Origin: a virus
Lineage: Duplodnaviria; Heunggongvirae; Uroviricota; Caudoviricetes
DNA length: 64,000 nt
IMG/VR virus record: IMGVR_UViG_3300042401_001180
Direction: 5' to 3' (one strand)
The position numbers and the translations under genes are program-made. This document shows, one piece after another, positions 42,699 through 51,028 of this stretch. Numbering within the stretch: the first letter of the stretch is position 1; the number at the start of each line of letters is the position of its first letter. The notes beneath the pieces are model-generated. The model made no database searches, was not told the origin of the DNA, and saw only the letters and a list, made by a program, of their open reading frames with translations.

Positions 42699-45680
42699 TT
42701 AACTACCATTTACAATCCAATATTCGACTCTAGTACCACTTACCCATTCAGCGTAAATTACATTTAATGTTGATGTTGTGTATGTACCGATACCTAATTT
42801 AACCCACCCTGATGGGTTAAATGTTGGTGCTACTGAATGGTTATGGTAAATTTTCTGAACAATACCTATTTTAGCATTTGTGGTATCTGCTGAAATATCT
42901 CCAGTTGCTGCGGATGTTGGTGTATTATATATCGTTCCGGCAGTAAAAGTTATTGTTGTTCCTGTACTTGGGTTTGCCACATTTAACTGACTACCATCCC
43001 CAATATACGTACCACCACTAATTGTGTTTGCTGTTAATCCATTTGTAAAATTAGTTGCTCCTGATACAGTACCTCCACTTATTGGTAAATAATTACCAGT
43101 TATTCCTGTTACTGATATTGTAAAGTTTCCACTAGAACCACTAACATTAATATTATTACCAGCAGTTAAGCCACTTACAGGTAAATTTTGGTACGTTGTT
43201 GCTGATATCGTTACTCCTGATATGGTACTACCATAAATTGCACCATCAGCACGAACATAAGAAGTTGTCGTTCCTCCTGAGTTTACACCCTCAAATACGT
43301 TTGTGACGTTATCTAAAGTTCCAGCACCATTTTTAACACTTAATGGACCTAATGTAGAATTAGTTGTTATTTCGGGTGTTGTTGAGTTATCATATGCTTG
43401 TTGTAATGTTGTTGTAGATAAACCTCCCGCAGCTCCAACAGTCTCACCAAATTTTGATGTTAGTAAGAATCTTGCTTGTGTTGTATTAGATAAATTGGTC
43501 GCATTTTTATTGACAGATAAAATACCAATTAATATAGCATTATCTCTAAAATTACTAAATGTTGTGAATGCCTCATTTTGAGATGCCTCAATTGCCGCGG
43601 TCAATGAACCATAAACTTGTTGTCCATATTGTATTCTAAATTGACCATTCTGAACCAAATATATTCTTTGGTTTGTTGATGCATTTGAACCACCTCCGAC
43701 AGACGTTACTACACCATTGTTATCATAAACTCCTGGAGTAATTAAAGTTGTATTTGATGCGGTTCCACCTGTTTGTGTCCTGTATTGGAAAGTACAAGGA
43801 CTAGTTCCTAATACTGATAAACTATTTGGGTTTAATTTATTTATAATATACCCAATACCAAGTCCGTATAATACACCTGCAGAAGTATTAATATTTAAGT
43901 TTGCCCCATTTGCCGATACAATTACCCCTTCATTAATTAATCTAATTGGGGTAAACATATCTCTTAATTGAGAAACTGGAGATAAAGACGAGTCAGGTTC
44001 ATTAAATGCATTTATCAAATATTGTCTATTCGCATGACCGAATTTTCCGAGATATAAATTTTGTCTTCTTTGTTGTGGTGTTGGAAATGTTGTTTGTTGG
44101 GTTAATGTTAATCCACTTGTTAGTAAAATGTATGTTTCTGTTGCCGATGAAACATATAAAGCAGTGTTTCCTGTTGATCCGGAATATATAATAAGTTTAA
44201 TTGTCGGATTTGTTGGTGAGGTTACATTATCAATAATCCAACCCTCTACCGGAGCAACACTGAAGGTTGTTCCCGATGGTGTATCAATTGTTAATCCACT
44301 AAATTGAAAAACCCCTGTTGAGCTGTTATTTGATGCAAGTATATTATTTTCTTGTGTCGTAATTATTGTACCCTCGATTTCATTTAATATCGCTACTTGT
44401 ATTTTTCCTGTTACTGAATTATCTAAAACGTGCCCAACTTCACACGTCCTACCAGTAAAAGAAAGTCCCGAATAAGACTCAAAACCACCCGGTATTGTCT
44501 GTGATAAATAAACTTGTTCCCCAACCGTAAATCCTGTTAAATTTATGTCTCTAACAACCCCAAAAACAGTCATAAACCCATATGAAGAATTAGGTACGTC
44601 GTGAGTTGCAATTCCCGATATTTGAAATTGTTCAGCATCACCCCCATAACCAATCGCCAAAGAAACTGTTGGTGATCCAGATGTTGAACCTGTAATGTGT
44701 AGTGCCTGTCCGTTATTAATTTGTACCCCTAAATTATTATAGAATCTAATTATACTTTCTTGTCCTAAATTAACAGTAACATCATTACTTGGTGTGATTG
44801 GTTTATATGATAACGCGTTTTCTATTGAATCATAATATAAAGTACCTCCTGTTGGTGACGGTACCGTTGGTGTTGTATCGAAATCAAGATAATTTACAGT
44901 CAGCCCACTTGTAAATGTTGTGTTACCTGTTACTGTTCCACCACTTAATGGAAGGTATTCACCTGTTAATCCTTGTGTTAAACCTGTAACAGATATTATG
45001 TAATTACCACTAGACCCACTAACATTAATATTATTACCAGCAGTTAAGCCACTTACAGGTAAGTTTTGGTACGTTGTTGCTGATATTGTATTTGCAGTTA
45101 AACCATTTGTGAAGTTAGTTGCACCACTTACTGTTCCTCCAGTGAATGTTGATCCACCTGTTACACCAGTAAACGATATCGTAAAATTTCCGCTAGAACC
45201 ACTAACATTAATATTATTACCAGCAGTTAAACCACTTACAGGTAAGTTCTGATATGTTGTTGCGGAAACTGTTGTTGCCGTTAATCCACTTGTAAATATT
45301 GTTGGTCCCGATACAGTACCGCCAGTAAATGTTGATCCACCTGTTATTCCTGTAACAGATATTGTAAAATTTCCACTAACTCCACTTACATTAATGTTAC
45401 TTCCACCTGTTAGTCCACTTACAGGTAAGTTTTGGTACGTAGTTGCGGAAACTGTCGACGCCGTTAAACCGTTTGTGAAGTTAGTTGCTCCCGATACTGT
45501 ACCACCACTAAAAGTAGAAGTACTAAATAAGCTTGATAATTGTTGTAGTTCCGCTTTATATGACGATCCAGCAATATTTTGTGACGGATCACCCGTATAT
45601 ACAATATGAATCAACGTCGTTGGTGTAATCGCCGATGATTGAGCTAATGATCTATCTGTTAATAATTGGTATGTTGGCAT
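42699..45680 (-). CDS. Tail fibre protein (TGGT-spacer family, paralog 2)
   Basis: N-terminus paralogous to 35671..37554 (LT.RSLA..LIHIV..D.SQ...GSSYKA); repeated spacer modules; TATTTAT at 45691-45697. Confidence 0.75.
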   Translation of the reverse strand: MPTYQLLTDRSLAQSSAITPTTLIHIVYTGDPSQNIAGSSYKAELQQLSSLFSTSTFSGGTVSGATNFTNGLTASTVSATTYQNLPVSGLTGGSNINVSGVSGNFTISVTGITGGSTFTGGTVSGPTIFTSGLTATTVSATTYQNLPVSGLTAGNNINVSGSSGNFTISFTGVTGGSTFTGGTVSGATNFTNGLTANTISATTYQNLPVSGLTAGNNINVSGSSGNYIISVTGLTQGLTGEYLPLSGGTVTGNTTFTSGLTVNYLDFDTTPTVPSPTGGTLYYDSIENALSYKPITPSNDVTVNLGQESIIRFYNNLGVQINNGQALHITGSTSGSPTVSLAIGYGGDAEQFQISGIATHDVPNSSYGFMTVFGVVRDINLTGFTVGEQVYLSQTIPGGFESYSGLSFTGRTCEVGHVLDNSVTGKIQVAILNEIEGTIITTQENNILASNNSSTGVFQFSGLTIDTPSGTTFSVAPVEGWIIDNVTSPTNPTIKLIIYSGSTGNTALYVSSATETYILLTSGLTLTQQTTFPTPQQRRQNLYLGKFGHANRQYLINAFNEPDSSLSPVSQLRDMFTPIRLINEGVIVSANGANLNINTSAGVLYGLGIGYIINKLNPNSLSVLGTSPCTFQYRTQTGGTASNTTLITPGVYDNNGVVTSVGGGSNASTNQRIYLVQNGQFRIQYGQQVYGSLTAAIEASQNEAFTTFSNFRDNAILIGILSVNKNATNLSNTTQARFLLTSKFGETVGAAGGLSTTTLQQAYDNSTTPEITTNSTLGPLSVKNGAGTLDNVTNVFEGVNSGGTTTSYVRADGAIYGSTISGVTISATTYQNLPVSGLTAGNNINVSGSSGNFTISVTGITGNYLPISGGTVSGATNFTNGLTANTISGGTYIGDGSQLNVANPSTGTTITFTAGTIYNTPTSAATGDISADTTNAKIGIVQKIYHNHSVAPTFNPSGWVKLGIGTYTTSTLNVIYAEWVSGTRVEYWIVNGS

Positions 45681-45701
45681 AGTTTATTTAATAAATATTA
45701 T

Positions 45702-45989
45702 TTATTGGAAAATATAACCTACTCCGTCCATAAAATTAAAATATATATCATTTTGAAACGCCTTTTGCCCCTCACAATTAATAACTATTGAGTAAACACA
45801 TCCATTTGTATCAACAATTCTTAAATAAAGGTAATTTTCGTTTGGAAAAAAGTCATCACTATCAAATATAACACTTGGTGGTATAAAGGTACTTCCTGAA
45901 ACAAAAAAACAAGACGTGTTTGTTGAGTCACATATAAAAATGTCGTATGGTGCCTGTCCGCTCGTTACTCCTGTAATTTCAATAATCAT
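45702..45989 (-). CDS. Small Cys-containing adaptor-like protein (paralog)
   Basis: TSGQAPYDIFICD..C..IVDTNGC; ends FQNDIYFNFMDG. Confidence 0.7.
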   Translation of the reverse strand: MIIEITGVTSGQAPYDIFICDSTNTSCFFVSGSTFIPPSVIFDSDDFFPNENYLYLRIVDTNGCVYSIVINCEGQKAFQNDIYFNFMDGVGYIFQ

Positions 45990-45990
45990 T

Positions 45991-46278
45991 TTATATCCAA
46001 ACTAATTCATCCCCACTTTCTGTGGTTATTATGAGTCCATTCTCAGTTAAAATAAAGAAGGTGTCTAATTGGCAGTAAACATATTTAAAAATAAAACATC
46101 CCGTACTATCAACCAATTTTATTATCAATGTTTGTGCGGTTGAAAAAAAAGAATTTAACGTATAGGTTCCGCTTGTTGGTCCCAACAAAAAACAATTATT
46201 CATGTATTCATCACATACATAAAACTCATAGGGTGGAGTACCACCCGTTTCACCCGATATAATAAGTTGACTCGACAT
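45991..46278 (-). CDS. Small Cys-containing adaptor-like protein (paralog)
   Basis: GGTPPYEFYVCD..C..LVDSTGC; ends ILTENGLIITTESGDEL. Confidence 0.7.
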   Translation of the reverse strand: MSSQLIISGETGGTPPYEFYVCDEYMNNCFLLGPTSGTYTLNSFFSTAQTLIIKLVDSTGCFIFKYVYCQLDTFFILTENGLIITTESGDELVWI

Positions 46279-48512
46279 TAGATAAAATAACTTGGGTCAT
46301 GTATTGTTGATGCTGAAGTTGCCCCCGTATAACTATAAATTAGAGTATCAGTCCCCGTAGTTCCTCCGGTAAATGATCTAGCATAAATTTCAAAATCTCT
46401 AAAATCAGAAGGGTTATTTAATTCCGTAAGATAATAAAATTGGTATCTTCTATAATATGATAAATTAAAGGATTGGGTGGTTTGAGTAAATCTAGGGTAA
46501 CTAAAATCAAAAGTTTGAGCACTTAATGAATTTACTAATGTAGGTGATGTTCCCGTATATGTAATTGTTTCATTTAAATATTTAGGGTAAGCAATAAACC
46601 CTTGCGAAGTTGATGCACTTATAGACGTTACACCACTACAACTTACCGAAACAACATAAAATGGGTCCACGTATTTACTACCGGTTAAAGTAGTACCCGT
46701 AAAATTATTAGATGTTCCAGTAGACCATGAATTTATAATATTAACCACATTTTGGGTTCCTGCAGTTATACATGGATCAGTCATATTGTTAACCACTGTT
46801 GGCATTGTTAATCTCATAGTATAATTAGATCCTGATATTCCTGTAGTTACAACAGAAGATGGGTGTATATTGTAGGATCTAATGGTTGTACCGTCACCAC
46901 AATTTGTAGAACCAGTATTACTAGGTATACCTAAGCTAAAATATCTATAATACCGTATATCACTAGAGTCTGTTGGTGTCCCGCTCCACGCACCTGATGC
47001 TGATGTACAATTACCAATAAGTGTTGTAGTATTAGTAATAACTGATAGGTAACTATTATAATAATGATTAAGATTACTGATATTATTAAAAGTCATATCA
47101 ATTATCCCTATTGTTCCACCACTAACATATTTTTTATACTCTATTATATCTGTATTTGGTGTTGTACAGATTAGTGGAGTGTTTTTAACATTCTGACTAC
47201 TAAATAATGATGAGTTAATTGTCAAATTACTATTAAATGTCTGTGTTAAATTACTTGAATTATACGCTTGAGAATTATTATATATAATACCATTAAGTAC
47301 ATCCCCACCACCACTAACAAAATATTTACTAAAATCGTCACTATTTATTGTACACCCGCTTATAAAATAACTTATATTATTAGTATTACAACTTCCTGTA
47401 GTACTTGTTATAGTTGATGCTGATATTTTATATGGACTATTTGATATAATACATGGATTTTGATCAAAAGTATTTAAACATTGAAAATAAAAGTCCCAAT
47501 TTGTTTGAGTGTTTGCACTGTTTGGGATTACTTCAAGTCTCAAAGTGTCGTTTATATTTCTTGTTAATCCTGTTAAACAAGAAACTTTTTTAATATAACG
47601 GTTAATTCCTATAGTATCCGCCATTTTAGGAATTAAAGTTAAACTAAAATTACTTGTAGATAAATTAGACCCAACAACTATATCCTCAATAATTATTGGT
47701 TCTGAATATGCGGAACCTGAATAGGTTAATCTTAATCTATCTTCAACTGCAAACCCACAAAATTTCCAAGCAAAGTAATTGGTTGTGCCGGTAAATAAAA
47801 AATCAGAAAACAAAGTTTGAGGAGTAACTCCCGCAGATGCTCCTGAAAATTGTACCCTATGTTCGTAATTAGGGTCATTACTACTCGTACCACCATTGTC
47901 ACACGTAAAATAATCCACAGTTACTGTTGTTGCAGTAAAACAATCAAGTTCTGCTGGTATATTTCCGGTTCCACCTGTTTGTGAAAATGTTAAACCACTT
48001 AATTTTATTTTATCTATAATTGGTACATAAGTTCCTGCAGGAGCAAAAATAGCACCACTCCCAATTAAAGGATGTGTAAACGAATAAGGTTGGTATTCAG
48101 TTCCAAATCCAGAGGTAAAGATTGGTGTTGTCGTGTCTCCTGTATTATACCAATATATTCTATAATCGGTAATACTTGGGTCACACAATCCTGTCAAATC
48201 ACCTGCAACAATTCTACCAACTGTAGACGCACTATACTCGTTAAAATCTAAATCACATGAAACACATAAATCATTAGACTGTATAGGTATATCACAATAA
48301 CATCCTGTGCCATTATCAAAAATTCTAATTTGTGTCGTACCATCAGGTACATTATTAATGTAGTATGGGCATTCATTACCCGTTATGGCAGATAAATTTA
48401 TATTAGTTTGGAACGCAGTAGTATAACTATCAGTGTCACTATATAGATTAAGTAACCCACCCAATGATGTTGTTCCTGTATATGATAAACATGTTACCGC
48501 TGAAAATGGCAT
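46278..48512 (-). CDS. Virion structural protein (T/S/G/N-rich)
   Basis: Long ORF; N-terminal CPY..IRIFDNGTGCYC resembles the adaptor domain. Confidence 0.7.
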   Translation of the reverse strand: MPFSAVTCLSYTGTTSLGGLLNLYSDTDSYTTAFQTNINLSAITGNECPYYINNVPDGTTQIRIFDNGTGCYCDIPIQSNDLCVSCDLDFNEYSASTVGRIVAGDLTGLCDPSITDYRIYWYNTGDTTTPIFTSGFGTEYQPYSFTHPLIGSGAIFAPAGTYVPIIDKIKLSGLTFSQTGGTGNIPAELDCFTATTVTVDYFTCDNGGTSSNDPNYEHRVQFSGASAGVTPQTLFSDFLFTGTTNYFAWKFCGFAVEDRLRLTYSGSAYSEPIIIEDIVVGSNLSTSNFSLTLIPKMADTIGINRYIKKVSCLTGLTRNINDTLRLEVIPNSANTQTNWDFYFQCLNTFDQNPCIISNSPYKISASTITSTTGSCNTNNISYFISGCTINSDDFSKYFVSGGGDVLNGIIYNNSQAYNSSNLTQTFNSNLTINSSLFSSQNVKNTPLICTTPNTDIIEYKKYVSGGTIGIIDMTFNNISNLNHYYNSYLSVITNTTTLIGNCTSASGAWSGTPTDSSDIRYYRYFSLGIPSNTGSTNCGDGTTIRSYNIHPSSVVTTGISGSNYTMRLTMPTVVNNMTDPCITAGTQNVVNIINSWSTGTSNNFTGTTLTGSKYVDPFYVVSVSCSGVTSISASTSQGFIAYPKYLNETITYTGTSPTLVNSLSAQTFDFSYPRFTQTTQSFNLSYYRRYQFYYLTELNNPSDFRDFEIYARSFTGGTTGTDTLIYSYTGATSASTIHDPSYFI

Positions 48513-48525
48513 ATTTTATTTTATT

Positions 48526-50958
48526 TTATGGTTGGTTTATTTCAAAAGTATATCCGGACATACCACACAATATCGGTGTTGGTGTTGGTGTTGGCGTAGG
48601 TGTTGGCGTAGGTGTTGGTGTTGGTGTTGGTGTTGGTGTTGGACTACAATTTTCATAACAAACTACGTCATATTCTATTTTTAATCTTAAATTAAATTTA
48701 CAATCAGCTAGCGGATCTTCATCACCAACACATTTAGAAATAATTTCAAGAGTATTTGTTAATAAATCAATTGTAAAACTGTCAATAGTACTTATAGAAC
48801 TTAATATCCCCTCTATTGTTGATTGCCAAAGGGTGTCTTGTGGAATATCATTTAACGTAGTTGCGGTATAAAAAGGTACTGTGTATACAGTATCTCCAGA
48901 TACTGGACAATCAATTTCTATTTGACAACTAAATACCGCCCCGATAAAACTACAACCTGAGTATCCTGATATTATATCAACATACCCTTCATTCAACATT
49001 TCAGAAATACCCCTTTTAGTTCCAACTGTAGTTGTAAAAGTACTAGTACAAACATTAAATAACTGATAAGATGTTGATGCTATACCATTACAATCTATTG
49101 TAAATTTTTGAATATCGTAACAACCGTTACTATCCGTTATTTCAACATAATAATTTCCAGCGGATAATCCACTTACAGTTGATCCCGTTTGTCCGTTACT
49201 CCAATTATATGTAAAAGTTGGTTCTCCTTGATATATTACTACGGAAGCCGATCCGTCATTTCCATTAACACAATCTATTTTTTGTATCGAAGTTAAAAGT
49301 TGCCCTCCTGTTGTTATTGTAAACCCCGTGGATACTGCACAACCAACACTATCAGTGACAGTTATCGTATAACCTCCTGGTGGTAAATTATTGTATGTTA
49401 TTCCTGTTGATGTAGTATCTATTAGGGTGTCTCCGTTACTTAACACATAATCTAAAACTCCCGTATAACCTGAAAATACTTCAATAACCGCAACTCCATT
49501 TGGTGATCCACATGTTGATCCTGTGGTCGTTGCACTTACCGTGAATTTTTGTTGTGAAGTTATTGGTACTGTGGTTGAATACACACATGCAGTTCCTGAA
49601 CCTGAAATTGTTAAATAATATGTATCATTTTCTAAGTTAGTAAAACTATTTGTTTGGTTTAAACTTGTATTTTGATAAACTTGGTTGGTGTTTTGTCCTG
49701 ATAATGTGTAGGTATAGTATCCTCCTAATCCAGCAATCTCAATACCTATTTCTCCGTTATTTTGATTACAATTAGAATTAGTAATAACTATATCAACAAC
49801 ATCGAATCCGTTAATTGGACTTAAAAACCCCCCTAAAGTCGTTTCACAAAAATTAGCATCTCTAACCGTAACCTGATAAGTTCCAGCACCCAAACTTGTT
49901 AATGTAAATGTGTTTGAAAGGGTATAACCAACTTGGGCTGTTGATGCCGAATAATAGAATGGTGCTGTCCCTCCTGTTAAAATGTAAGTTAAACTACCAT
50001 CTGAAGCAAAACATGACGGTGTTGATGCACTTAATAATCCAATACCTAATGGATCTGCGGCTCCTACAAATTCACTTTTAGTTAACTCACAACCATTAAT
50101 ATCTGTTACTGTACAACTATAAACTCCTTGTGTTAATCCTGTTATAATCTGTGTGGTTTCTCCATTACTCCACAAATAAGTGTAAGGTCCCGTTCCCGTT
50201 ACTCCCGTAACCGCTAATTTACCTTTATCAATAACACAGTTAGATGTATTCACCTTCCAAAAACCAAAATCTAAAGAAGTACTTGCAGATATTACAGCAT
50301 TTTCAGTGTTAGCCGTGGTACCACCTGAATCAAAAACAGTAGCATAATAAATACCACTAGGTAAACCGTTAAAATCATATGGTAATGTTCCTGTTGTTTC
50401 TACAACGTAAGGAACACCATCTTGATAAAGAAGAATAGTATATGGCGCACCTGAAGATGTCGCACTTATAGTTAAAAATCCTGTATCTTGTCCACAAGTA
50501 GTTCCTGATGCAGTGACTACGTTCGCTTCAAAACACCCCGTTACATTAACATTAACATACAATTCATTATTTTGTAAATTAAGAGTATCATTTATTCTGA
50601 AGACATAAGTACCCCCTGTTAACCCTGTAAAGGTTATTGGTACGCTACTTGTTTGTACCGTTAAACTACCAGGTATGATATTATCAATCGTGTATGGTGC
50701 AACACCACCATATGAAGTGATAGTTACACTACCTGTCGCTGCGGAGCAAACTCCCGTAACTTGGAATCCGTAACTAAGTGGACCTGATGTACATGTTTCA
50801 GTACAAGTTACCCCTGTGGCAATATAAACCCCTATTGCTGAACCAGAATATGATTCATCTATACATATACTTTCGCCAAGTGAAACTCCGTATTGGTATA
50901 ATCCGCAACAGTCTACATATTCATAAACCCCATTCGTTAATCCTGATACACAAGCCAT
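48526..50958 (-). CDS. SprB-repeat virion protein with C-terminal (PT)n
   Basis: Repeated GG.APY.Y..S.G....GL..G.Y.VTV.D..GC units; PTPTPT near the C-terminus. Confidence 0.75.
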   Translation of the reverse strand: MACVSGLTNGVYEYVDCCGLYQYGVSLGESICIDESYSGSAIGVYIATGVTCTETCTSGPLSYGFQVTGVCSAATGSVTITSYGGVAPYTIDNIIPGSLTVQTSSVPITFTGLTGGTYVFRINDTLNLQNNELYVNVNVTGCFEANVVTASGTTCGQDTGFLTISATSSGAPYTILLYQDGVPYVVETTGTLPYDFNGLPSGIYYATVFDSGGTTANTENAVISASTSLDFGFWKVNTSNCVIDKGKLAVTGVTGTGPYTYLWSNGETTQIITGLTQGVYSCTVTDINGCELTKSEFVGAADPLGIGLLSASTPSCFASDGSLTYILTGGTAPFYYSASTAQVGYTLSNTFTLTSLGAGTYQVTVRDANFCETTLGGFLSPINGFDVVDIVITNSNCNQNNGEIGIEIAGLGGYYTYTLSGQNTNQVYQNTSLNQTNSFTNLENDTYYLTISGSGTACVYSTTVPITSQQKFTVSATTTGSTCGSPNGVAVIEVFSGYTGVLDYVLSNGDTLIDTTSTGITYNNLPPGGYTITVTDSVGCAVSTGFTITTGGQLLTSIQKIDCVNGNDGSASVVIYQGEPTFTYNWSNGQTGSTVSGLSAGNYYVEITDSNGCYDIQKFTIDCNGIASTSYQLFNVCTSTFTTTVGTKRGISEMLNEGYVDIISGYSGCSFIGAVFSCQIEIDCPVSGDTVYTVPFYTATTLNDIPQDTLWQSTIEGILSSISTIDSFTIDLLTNTLEIISKCVGDEDPLADCKFNLRLKIEYDVVCYENCSPTPTPTPTPTPTPTPTPTPTPTPILCGMSGYTFEINQP
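48576..48642. repeat. Hexamer microsatellite (GGTGTT/GGCGTA) encoding (PT)n
   Basis: About 11 units. Confidence 0.85.
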
Positions 50959-51028
50959 ATATAATTTTTTTCTTTATTTTTTTATTAAGGACAAACCCCC
51001 ATGTTTATTGCAGTGTCAAAACTGTTTG

